64,000 nucleotides of DNA from contig NW_026250405.1 of assembly GCF_024521635.1 (NCBI RefSeq), forward strand, positions 248,001 through 312,000, given 5' to 3'. Under the pieces are notes generated by a model. That model ran no database searches. It saw nothing but the letters and a program-made list of their open reading frames with translations, and was not told where the DNA came from. Both the position numbers and the translations under genes were made by a program. This DNA is from Tricharina praecox (lineage: Eukaryota). Shown piece after piece: positions 38,401-50,059 of this stretch (positions within the stretch are counted from its first letter, which is position 1; every line of letters starts with the position of its first letter).

Positions 38401-41400
38401 GAGCTTCTCACCACCGTTTGGACTCTCAATAACAACGATCCATCGTTCGGAAAACATGTCATCAAATTCGAATGCACGGCTAAATCTCCGCAGGTCTGGG
38501 AAACCGATGAGAACGGCCAGGCGTATCACAGGTACATTGGGTGTTACCAGGACGGGGATCCTATTCGACGGATGGACACAATAGGGCATTCTACGGATAC
38601 GAATACCAACTTGGAGTGTATGAGATCATGTGCCAAGAAGGGCTCCGGTGTATGGCCTTTCGTGGCGACTGAGTATCACCGGGAATGTTGGTGTGGAACG
38701 AGACTGCCGCCCAAGAAAGTCTCTGATTCGCAGTGCAACTTTCTGTGCTCCGGAGACTACAACCAATACGTATGATTACTCTCGAAGAGTCACTTTATAT
38801 ATGCTAACGGTAATAGTGTGGTGGTGCAGGTCAACTCATGAGTCTTTTCTACGACAGACGTTTGTGGACGCCGAGCAACATCACAACTACGACTTCAACA
38901 AACCCGTCTGCAACACCTACTCCTAATCCTTGGAAATATGTCGGATGCACTTCTGAAGGGACTAACGGCCGCGCTCTCACCGGTGGTGGCAAAGCCTCGC
39001 CTGATATGACGCCCAAAATCTGTCAGGATCATTGTAAATCACTCAGCCAACCTCTTGCCGGTATTGAGTATTCGCAAGAGTGTTACTGCGGCGCAGCTCT
39101 TTCCAATGGCGCAGCTCTCGGATCGAACAACTGTAACATGGAGTGTGCCGGAGATGTTTCGCAGATCTGCGGTGGACCTGGGGCTCTGAGTCTTTACAGA
39201 TATGACCTAGATTCCATCCCTTCGAACGGGTCAGTTACCGCAACACCGACTGAGCCCCCAATGTCATCGTCTACTGTCTCGCAATCTTCGATCGCTACCC
39301 CAACCGGTGATCACGAATATTTAGGATGCGCAACCGAGGGGATCGGAGGCCGCGCACTTACTGGAGGCTTCAAGTTTTTCGACACCCTTACACCGGAGGA
39401 CTGCCAGAATTACTGCAGATCACTCTCACTTCCTCTTTCTGGCATGGAGTATTCGAAGGAATGCTTCTGTGGGTCTTCCCTCGCCAACAACGCCAAGTTG
39501 GGTTCACCGAACTGCAAAATGCCGTGCGGTGGCGATGGAAGCAAAATCTGTGGAGGGCCCAATGCTCTGAGTGTTTACCGTTTTGTTCCTAAGGACTCTG
39601 GTAACGCTACAACCTCCAACACCTCCGGAACCGTAACCCCCACATCACCATCATCGATCATGGTATCTGCTACGCCCACAGCCAACCCGAACTACAAGTA
39701 CCTCGGCTGTATAACCGAGGGGACCGGTGGGCGGGCGCTCACAGGCGGTTTTCTGTTCTTGGACACTATGACGCGCCAAAAGTGCCACGACCATTGCACG
39801 ACACTCCAACTCAAGTACTCCGGGCTCGAGTATTCGCAGGAGTGTTTCTGCGGCAGCTCCCTGGAAAATGGTGCTGCGCTGGGTTCTCCAAATTGCAATA
39901 TGCCGTGTGCAGGAAAGCTGGACGAGATCTGTGGTGGACCGGACGCGTTGAGCTGGTTTGAATACGTGCCGGTGTTGCTGCCCGAGCTGGGTTCTTCATC
40001 GGTAGCGGGGAGTTCGGTGGATGTCTCGGGGACTTCGTCGGCTACGGGAGTCACATCGTCAACTGGCGCTCCTTCGGCAACACCCCCTCCAGAACCTACC
40101 GAGGTGGGGTCCTCAGCGGATGCGTCTTCGGTACCGGCATCGTCATCCGCAGCACCTACCGTTGTGGAATCCTCAGTGGACGCGTCTTCGGTACCGGTAT
40201 CACCCTCCGCGACACCGACGGAGGTGGAATCCTCAGCCGATGCATCTTCTGTACCGGCATTGTCATCCGCGGTCTCGTCTTTCGCCTCAGGCGAGTCAAC
40301 GATGAGCTCAGAGACCGATGTGGTATCCTCTACAAAGGTCGTTCCTTCGTCCTCGGCCGATGCTTCAGCCATAACGCCTTCGCTTACAGAGGCTGTACCT
40401 TCGGGCACAGAGGCTGTACCTTTGAGCACAGAGGTTGTATTTTCGACTACAGAGGCTGTACCTTCGACTTCAGACCAAGACGACTTTCCGTCGGCGTCTA
40501 TGTCTTCTTCGGCAGAGGGTGGGTCGCAAACAAATTTGGCGTCTTCTACAGAGCAAATAATTTCATCCTCGACGGATGTACCTTCGGAAACGCCTTCCGG
40601 TTCATTTTCGGAAATCGAATCCTCAACGGATACGGCATTCTCCACAGTGGACATCTCATCTTCCGTGGTCGACATGTCTACGGCGCCTTCTGCTACAGCA
40701 GGTGTGTCTTCGTCCGCAATAGATGTTTCTTCAGCACAAGAATCATCCTCCAAACAGCCGACCACGGTCCCAGAAATTTCAACAATATCTTCGGACGAAC
40801 CATCTATCTCGCCCACCAAGGCCCTTTCATCACCCACGGAAGATACATTGGTAGCCCCCTCAACATCACCCACACCAGACATTGCAATCATCACCACAAC
40901 GTCTTCTCTGGGATTGGACCAATCCTACCTCGGATGCGCCAGTGAAGGCATTGACGGCCGGGCACTCCCGCTTTACACCTTTCAGTCGGCAGTGCTGACA
41001 CCGGCGCTCTGTCAAGAGCGCTGTAGAAACCTCTCGCTCCCACTCTCTGGCGTTGAGTATTCACGGGAATGCTACTGTGGCGTCGCACTCTCTCACAACG
41101 CCACACTCGGCTCGAGCGGATGCACGATGCCATGTGCCGGAGACTCGAGCAAAACCTGCGGTGGCTCCCGCGCACTCTCGGTTTACAACTGGACATCGTG
41201 GGAGCCTGCACCAGAGCTCTTCGGATGGGCCGATCTGGGGTGCTGGAGCGAGGCGGTTGGTGAAAGGGCGCTTATGGGCGATAAGGTGGTCATGAAGAAT
41301 ATGACTATGGGAATGTGCGTTGATTACTGCGATTTGAGGGGCTGGGAGTATGCGGGTGGTGAGCATGCGGGGGGATGTTATTGCGGGGACTCGCTGGCAC

Positions 41401-41507
41401 CAACAGCACAGCAGTTGAAGAGGGAGAAGTGTGGAATGCTGTGTGCGGGTGGTGGAGGAGCGTGTGGTGGGAAGAGTCGGTTGAGCGTCTATATGAAGGA
41501 GGAGTGA
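35430..41507 (+). CDS. Large secreted WSC-domain protein: signal peptide, PQQ-like beta-propeller, Ig-like domains, six WSC domains and a Ser/Thr-rich linker; about 7 introns
   Basis: NHNMDP, FYAQPLIYTP, GKHHQRPA, GGGIWMSGGG, DKDLGTSG and GKTGK motifs; six (Y/D)xGC...CxCG...C...CGG units; GT-AG introns with CTRAC join the ORFs; 16-nt microexon 35600-35615. Start may be 35415. Confidence 0.9.
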
Positions 41508-41629
41508 TACCTAAGGGGCCGTGGGACCTCGATGAGACTTGCTTGTACTTTTCGGTGTAATACTGCTTTTTGAATGATTGGTAGAATGGACACGAAATGG
41601 ATTTTGATAGCACGATGAGATCGGTTCAT

Positions 41630-44470
41630 GGGGGTGCACTCGGAAGATTCATAAATGCGCACTCGGAAAAAAGGACTCGACGATGGGAGCATCGATGAGA
41701 GCATCAACGGGAGCAGCGATTCAGATCGAGATCGAGATCGCGACCGCACAGTACCTGACGCCAAGCGATGGGCCAGCTGTCGGAGAAGATATAGTTCTCC
41801 CGCGAGCATGTACGCGTGCCACATCGTACAAACGCCCACTGCTACCGCCCCCAGCAGCAACCAACCCGCGCACCAAGTCAAATGTCATTCTCTCGCACAG
41901 CGGCCAGAGCAACAACGTTTGGCCAATGGCGTATGTATCTAACTCATGCATAGCTAGAGGTTAGACCTTTGCTCTGAAAGGAAGACGACCTCCGCGTATA
42001 ACGTGGGGGGGTAGTAAGCCACGTTATACGTGTATAACTTGGGGCGGTAGTAGACCAAGTTATACTTCTTTGGTTATTTATTTGCTCTTCTGAAACCGTC
42101 TGTAGCCCGGTTACGGAGGCATGGGCCTTGGCCACGCATGTAGCACGTCTCTCACATGACATGCATGGCCAGGAGGAAAGACCTTTGCTCAATGCTCTCT
42201 CACAGGATTTCACAGCAAAGGAAGAAAACCTCCGCGTATAACCTGGGGGGATAGTAGGCCAGGTTACATGCGTATAACTCGGAAGTCATATTTTCTTTGT
42301 TTTTTTCTTCCTCGTCAACACGAAACCGTCTGTCACCCGGTTTCGGAGAGGTCATCCACCAGGAGCAAGTCGGCTGTCACCCGACTTGGACTCCCGGGGT
42401 AAAGGGGAAAGAACTTCGCCGTCAGCAGAAGAGAAAACCCCGTCCTTGGATCTTTTCTGCTCAGCCTCGAAGGTTGGATCCGTCTATTGGCGCTGCAACA
42501 GTCGACTTTGTAGATCAGTTGCACGGATCCCTCAGTTCCTCGCTGCTACGGCTGAGCAGGATAGCTCTGTAAGGTTATCCTGGAAGTAAAAAGCGGGAGG
42601 GGAGGGAGAGGGACTTACCTCGAGGTTTGAGCTCAGGTGGAAGGAAGGAAGGAAGGAAGGAAGGGGAGGAGGATTTCTAAGTCAGTGGCATGAATCACAA
42701 ATCAGTATGAGAAGAAGTTAATGAGTGGAGAGAGGAAGGAGAATGGGAGGAAGAGTTGGGAGGAAAGGAGGGTTTTATAGGTGAAGCTGGTGGAATTCCA
42801 AGAAACCACCTCTAGCGCACTAGCCCTGACTCAAAAGTTTGCCTTTTAGCAAATACCGCTACATTCCAAGGTGTCGACAGATATTTGACATCAAACAACG
42901 TCACTCGACGAAGGAGTGAGCACCAATGAACCCATTCCCACAGCGAGGAATAGCGAAAAACGCGCAAACAATTACTGATTAAACAAAACCAAGAAATGAT
43001 AGCAACAACTACTCTCTAAGTGAAGCCTCCCACGCGCAGGCGTGTGCAGTTTGAAGCTGCCACACCAGCCAACCTAAAGAGACACACCGAGACGACAGTT
43101 GGGCGGGGGGGTGCACGAGGAAGCTTCATTCATTCGCACTCGGAAGCAATGAATAAACCAAAAAAAGAGAACGTCAACGGGGGAATGGTGATAGTTACTT
43201 CAATCCGAATAGCGATAGACCGGAAGTCGTTTTAGAAGATCATTCATCATTCCTCGACACAGGGGGAAAGTGAAATTATGGCTCTGAGTGAGGGCTTCCG
43301 AGATGGACTCTAGGGAGAGGAAGGTAAGATAGGTAGGCGGAGACGTGTGAAAAGTGGTTCTTTGACGTCTGTTTGTTTCGTGGGTACGAACTCTATCATC
43401 TGTCGTACCCAGACGGAGGGCTTGGTAGACGAGGTTTTTGCTAATGACCATACTACTGTAGATATGCTGAATGCGAGTGATATTAACCAAAAAGAAGAGA
43501 GCAACAACGGGAGCAGTGATCTCGATCTCAATCGCGACCGCACCGTCCCCTACGCCGAACGATGCGCCAGCAATTGGAGAAGATATAGTGCTTCGGCGAG
43601 CATGCACGCTTGCCACATCGTACGCCCCCCCAGCAGCGTCCAACCCACACACCAAGGTCAATGTCGTTCTCTCGCACAGCTGTCAGAGCAACAACAAACG
43701 TCACTCGACATACGAGTGAGCAAATATGAACACCTTCCTTCAGCGAGGAGTTTATGTGTCTAGCGACAAACGCGCAAGCACTTACTGATTGAATAAATAA
43801 AGATAAAACAAAAAAAGAATAGCGACAAACGTGAGATGGAGGCGAGCACGTTTTATACTTTCCATACGCCACGAGCAGGCGTTTGCAGTTTGATGCTGCA
43901 ACAGTAGCCGACCTAAAGAGACACACTGAGAGGAGGGAGAGTGATACTGTGGCCAATCCCGTCCGGCTCGATACCTGGGCGAGGATCTACATCTGTTCCG
44001 CTACTCGGGAGTCTCATCCTGAATCCTGATGACGATTGAGAGGAATATCACCATCACCGCGCCTCACTTTTGCATTGAACCACAGCCGTAACGATATCCG
44101 AACATACTTCTCGTTGATTCGTTGCCCAAGTGTCTGATAGGTAGAAGCGCACCTTTTAGCCCCACTCCCGAGTATACTAGAAAAGATCCAGTAGAAGGAG
44201 TGCCTGATTTATTTCATACTACATACTTCTTTTCTTCGGGAACAACCCCTACCGCCCTCCCTCCGGCGCTGGCCGCCCGTGGCAGTGCGAATCTCACAAA
44301 ACCACACTACGGTTCCGAACATTTCTTGTACCCGGCAGTGGCTTTTTCAGAAGTTAGGTTCATACATAGTCACTGTCACGACTCTTAAAACCGACCACTG
44401 CAGATGCTCGCCGCACACAGTCAATGTCGTTCTCGCGCGCAGCGGTCAGAACAACAAAATTTGGCTTGGG
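41630..44470 (+). repeat. Cluster of degenerate, partly tandem copies of an unclassified repeat family (coding relic plus non-coding module)
   Basis: 41632~43110; 41705-41915~43505-43692; 42895-43095~43695-43930; 41875-41925~44420-44466. Confidence 0.88.
41918..42893 (-). other. Structured non-coding module: TATA box, pyrimidine-rich leader, putative intron, multiple hairpins
   Basis: Minus-strand TATAAAA 42779-42773; GTAAGT...ATAAC...ACAG 42618-42567; stems at 42457-42559, 42359-42397, 42321-42345, 42236-42269, 42032-42065 and 41996-42029; no convincing ORF. Confidence 0.6.
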
Positions 44471-45744
44471 TGGTCATTCCTCCCACTCATGGCCAGAATG
44501 AAAGAGTTATTGATAGAATATGGAGTACTGGAGGCCACTATACTTCGTAGCCCAGCCGTGATTGAGTACGATGAACCAGAGACACTGGAAGTAACCAGGG
44601 ATCAGAGCCGCTGAGATTTCAAGCAGCAACCCCGCTAGCAAGTAAGCTAGCCATAGGTTTGGCCGACAACAGCGCACAAGCCGCGTCAGTAGTTGTAACT
44701 TAAATATTCTGTTCTTTCAATCACGTCGTCCGTCACCGGTTTCGGTGCCTCTATCCATCCGTGCGGTGCGTTATCTGAACTATTCGCCGCCCGCACGCTA
44801 TATGTGATACCCAGCGAGCCCTAGCGTTTTATAGCCTGTGTTGACTGACGTGCCGACACAGAGCGATTGCGTGAATCTGTTTGCTTCATGAGAAGTCACC
44901 CGGGCGATTTCACGAGTGAGAGTGTGTGGAGCTATGTATTTTCCGGAGTAGGGGAGTCATGAAGGAGAGTGAAGATGGCAGGCGAGCTGGAATTTATGAA
45001 GACCTAGGGGGAGTAGGAGGGTATGGAGACTTCAACGGACTGTAAACTGTTAAGTGAAACCTCGAGCGGGACTACAGGAGACAGCAGGTGTGCACAATTT
45101 GGCATGATTGGAAACGGTCAGACGGAATATGGCGAAGATAAAAAAAAGCTTCAGCTTGAGATTCGGCATCGGCCATCGATATTGTATTCACACATGCTTG
45201 GGTGGCTCTACTTAATGACTACGTGTTCTGGCTGCGTTGGTGATGTAACTCTGTCAGAGGTAGACGTCCGGGGATGAAGGCCGGAGAATGGTCTTTCTAC
45301 CGGAGCACCTCCAGCCGCTGCCTGGACTGGGAGGTTCTTCACGAGATCCATGGAACTTTTTACATACGGGTAGCGGCAGACTGGCTGCGTCGTCGAGGCT
45401 ACAACCAAGCAACAGATTCGTCTCTCTCTCTTTCCCTCTAATATCCTAATAATGTAAAAACAGCTGACCACCCCATACGATTCCCCTGGTTCGCACTCCA
45501 ACGGCTCTTGTAGCTCGCGCGATACGCGATAGTAAGGTGCAGCGCCCCCTCCGACACCAAAAACGCCTCCCAGATTCAAGGTTTGCCCCCCCCTCCCCCC
45601 CGGCCCCCCCACGCGCGCACAAGTACATACCTACATACGCAGACAACAGAATCTCTAGCGCCCATCCGAAACCCATAGACAAAATGCGATACCTCAGACA
45701 AAAGAAGAAACCCGTAAGCTCCCAAACCACAACCAACCACCTTT

Positions 45745-47259
45745 TCAGATTTTGATGCAAACTCCGCTCTCCAGGATCATCTTGGAAACATTCACCACCG
45801 AGAAGATCCCCACAGCAGCCAGAAGAGTAACCGTCACTGCGAGGTACGGCATCAGTGTCTTTTTCCCACCCAAAATGTTCACGAATGGCAGGAATATTGC
45901 CAGCGCCTGTCCAATAGCGAGCCAACCGACAACAGAGAACCGCTGGACAGAAGTGCTCCCAGCCGCTTTGAAACCTGTCATGACGTATATGATGACGTAG
46001 GGGACAATCATTGAGAGAAGCCACAAGATGGAATATAAAAACAGCATTGCAATCATGAAATATCTGTATTTCGGCGTTTTCAACGATCTTAGTATCTATG
46101 GCGTAACGTTATCAGTAAATGAACTTTCTCTGGGAGTGAGGCATATCCGATCGTAACGTACTCTCTCGTAATTATTGATTTTAAAATCCGCCGGTGGAAT
46201 GTGTAGCACCCCTACCGCACCAATAACTTTATCCTGTAGTTCCTTATCAACCTCGCGGACACCTAGTACCACCCGTTCTTTTCCGATTTCCTCTCTTTCT
46301 ACGAAGGTAGTATCATAGTGGGAATCTGCTCCAAAGGAACTATCTGGAGGGGTACATGGACAATGTGGGCCGCCGTAGTGTAGCAGGTACATATGAGTGT
46401 ATCGTGGACGCATTATCGCCGCGAGAAGGTTGAGGAAGGACATCCACAGGTACGGTATCACCGTTAGTCCATATGCTGCATATCCGTATCGGTCGATCTG
46501 GACTCCGCGAGCGTCGTATAGCTCCTTACTCGCAAAGAAGATCTGTGCGATGGCGGCGATTCCTTGTACGAAGCTGTACGAAGCTGCGATCTCCATTTTA
46601 CGCATAGAGTTGACATCGTCCCCTAAGCCGTGTGCGTGCCCCTCGCGGGGGATGGGGGCAATGCGATAGTAAATCTCTCCAGTATCGGTACGTCGACGCT
46701 GAAAGAGGCTTCGGAAGGAATCAAAGATCCGGCGGGGAAAGGAAGCGCGCGCTGCTAGGTTGGTTGGGTAATAACCGTGCACCTGTGCCGAATCATGGAA
46801 CCCCAACGCACTGTGGTTGCACGATAGTTAGCCTTGCCTGGGATTGCCTTGCCACATGGAGAGCTGGTGTTCGGTGGATGAAATTGATACATACAAGTCG
46901 TTTAGCTTCATATTCGCATCCGCGAAAGCAGTCGGCACCACACAATCTTCACCTTTGAACCCCACAACTATACAGAGAGCCCCGCAGCGAGTAGCGCTTA
47001 TAAAGGAGCTTTCCAGGAATGCCGGCGGCGACAGCACCATGCCCAGCGCCCGCAAAGTGCCCAACAGCGGCATGAAAAGAGAGCCGACCGCCCAAGCAAG
47101 TGACACACTGCTGACTGCTCCCGGTTGCAACATGATTGTGAATACGTGCGTGACGTAGTTTAGCAGGATGAATTTCACGACGCTCGTCCAGGTCGCATCA
47201 GTGCATATCGTCTCGCTGTGAGTACCTTGGCGAATCGTTGTACCGTTGACGGTGGTCAT
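45745..47259 (-). CDS. Uncharacterised fungal multipass membrane protein, paralog 1, 3 exons
   Basis: ETICTDATWTSVVKFILLNYVTHVFT and RGVQIDRYGYAAYGLTVIPYLWMSFLNL; two GT-AG introns at the same positions as in paralog 2. Confidence 0.85.
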
Positions 47260-47545
47260 GATTGTGTTTGCGAGCAATGGACGACTTTGGCTAGGATCGG
47301 GTATGTAATAGTATTGTTCGTGGTGTGACTGCAGGATCTGTATGTATAGGAAGTCAATATTCTCTAGCTCGTTGAGCGGGGGAATCCTCATACATATACC
47401 CATCATCTGCGACCATTGGTAGTCAGCATACCTCGCTCGTGTATCATCATTCCGGTCAGACAGCACAGCTGAAGGAGTGCGAAGCTTAACGGGGCACTTC
47501 GAATGGCAGCTACAGACGCGAGACATTCCTAAGTACGGTATATGA

Positions 47546-47756
47546 CCGTATCAACTCACTTAAGAGGTGATGTCTCTGTTCTGTTTTTCTAGCGCTTGGC
47601 GCACTAATTATTGCCCGAACGGAAAGTAGCTAAACCAAACAGAAATACACATAATTGTCTCTCATATCAGAGGCCAAGATTGGAGATATGTACCTATAGA
47701 AAGCTTACTGCCAGATATGGCAGTAGAACTATTACCTCTTAAGTGAGACATTACGG
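47546..47756. mobile_element. 211-bp MITE with TIRs related to the 9646-10640 element
   Basis: CCGTATCAACTCACTTAAGAGGT ... ACCTCTTAAGTGAGACATTACGG|TA; left flank reads GA rather than TA. Confidence 0.7.
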
Positions 47757-48103
47757 TATCTCAAAAAGCCCGGAACCGATGGCAGAAACAATTTGCCATG
47801 AGCACAAGTCCGCATTGCCATCAGAAAGCGCAACGTGCTCTCTGGTCATTATTGAACTGGCCTCTTCAAACGCAATCACTTGGGTCTAGGGATGCCATGG
47901 TCTCTGGCCTGGACCGCTCACTTCGTAGAAGCACTATGCACTGGTGACTGGTAGTATGTGCCTCTCGCTCATCGAATCAGCCCCTTGCCCAAGTTTCCGC
48001 AAGTTCTTGTCTAAGCTTAGCCCACAGCAGGAAAGACGTGGCAAACGTTTCTTAAAACTTTCTTCATCAATCGCGATTCGCATGAGGCCTACTGTATAGT
48101 GAA

Positions 48104-48132
48104 GGGGGGGGGGGGGGGGGGGGGGGGGGGGG
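48104..48132 (+). repeat. G29 homopolymer
   Basis: Direct reading; a similar C-run lies at 3528-3562. Confidence 0.95.
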
Positions 48133-50059
48133 TAAAAATACGCTTTTTTCCGTATCCCGCGTCTACCGAGACCTAGACCACGTCGTTGGCTATTATCGGT
48201 CCTCGAAGGTGTAGTTATGTATAGTATGTATGGCACGCCGTGGAAATCGGCTTATCCTGTAAATATGTAGGATAACAAAATCCATGATACTACGAAACTT
48301 ATGCTGTCCTTTTTCGAACGTCGCCCTATCCTGCTCGAGTCTCATCCCTCCTGAGTCCCATCTCCCCAGACCCCTTCTAATAGACCCGTGCCCGAAAACA
48401 AACTCGTCCAGACCCTGCTCAAGCGAGAGCTCTGAGCCGATTACCTATTTTGACTTTACCAGCTAGCGTGAACGCGAAGCTGGAACAGGTTCTTCTTCTA
48501 TGCTGCGAGAAAATCCCGTAAAGCGGCTTGAGGCTCTGTGCAGGCCTCTGCATCCCGGATGCAGGCAGTTATGGATGCGAAAAGACAGCAGACCCGCTAC
48601 AACTAGGCATTGTGCCGCAGGTAATTCCCTTGTCATTCTTGCATTCTCTTCTCTGTTTCTCATGTTGTGCATATCAAAGTAAAACATTATTGGCGCTCTG
48701 GAGGAGGACGAGGACGCGGATGGGGGTGGATACGGCTGAGCTGAGACACCTTCCGAGCAATCATGAAGATCTTTGTCTAGGTGCCGTAGTGTGCGTCATG
48801 CGAAGCCGGATCCACTGATTTCAAAGTTCCCCACACCTCGGGACGGTTCAATCCCGGTCATTTGATCCATCCTAATTGTCACCAACGGCCACTTGGGACT
48901 TCGTGCGGAGGGATGTCCAGCACTGGAACCTGCCTCCAGCGACATTCCGAAGGGCAGTTTCTCAGGCGGCTGTTCCGGGCTTTGGGTGGAGCGGAGTAGT
49001 AGCATCGCCGAACGTCGGTCGATGTGGTGGGAAAACGTCTAGACACTCAACGGCAGTGCTTCTTTGGGTTCCGAGACATTTTGGTATGCATACCTCCAGC
49101 GGCCATCTTTTGCCGCGATCTCTGGCTACCCTGCTACTAAACGAGTTTCGAGAGTTCTCAAGCATTCTACCAGTATTATACAGCAAATCACAGTGTATTT
49201 CAAGTAGAACGGCCGAGGCAACGAAATCGTGCGTCGTGGTTTTGCACTCGGATGCCTGAGGTTTCTGAGCAGCCCGATCCCTGCCGTGATACGCACGCCG
49301 AGCAGACGAGTCTTTCACCAGTGAACTGTTCTAAGGTCGTGTCAGTGACTCATGATGTTAGTACGCCACCCAGGCCAGGAAGAATATCCGGGAATTCCTC
49401 AAATCACGTAAACAGAAGTTCAAGGTTCCCGACGACTGGTCAAAGGAAAACAGGAGAAGCGAGCGCCTCATTCTGCAGACAATAATCGTTTCAAGGTATC
49501 GCAAAGATCTGTTGTTGACCCACAAGGCGTTGGTTGAGGGAAAGTTGTCTCTTGTCAAACGCTGAGGAAAGGACTGGCCGGTACTAGAGGGTACCATTGC
49601 CAGGCTGTGGTGATGGAATACCTATCTAGGTACCCGGTAGGGAAAATTGAAATAGACGATGTAACGTAGAATCGGTACTACTTTACACCCTAGTATTTTG
49701 TGATTGTTTCTGCTGGTTTTGTTTACGTCGATACGGCCAAGTCTTATGCTTTGAATTTCCATAGAAACGGGATGTGAATATTGCCGTGATCTAGATACCT
49801 AGGTTACGTGCAATCAATGAGTAAACGGCAACAATTTAGTCATGCACACGATGGGAAAATCATGGAGTTGAGGCCAACTCTGGTAACGAACACCCATTAG
49901 ATTCAAGGGAGAGCAGCAATGTCTCCACTGGAGCACGCACATGGCATCAGCCAAACGATATCTTCGGTAGACACATCACCAAAGCCTATAAATAATGATA
50001 ATAATCCAACACATCAAATGAAAGAACGAAACACATAAGCCTAGCAAAAAATCAATTGG

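Noticed and set aside
42531..42560. HDV-like ribozyme (AGT-TCCTCGCT-GCT matches P3/L3)
   Set aside because: No complementary P1 5' strand upstream and no GG for P1.1.
42101..42863. Solo LTR (TGTAGC...GCTACA on minus) with PPT-like G-runs
   Set aside because: No target-site duplication, and homology between copies runs past both ends.
43347..43763. HNH-nuclease-like reading (RCASNW...MHACHIV), also at 41655-41942
   Set aside because: Synonymous changes between the copies favour a different frame (GEDIVL...ATSY), and no downstream HNH motif follows.
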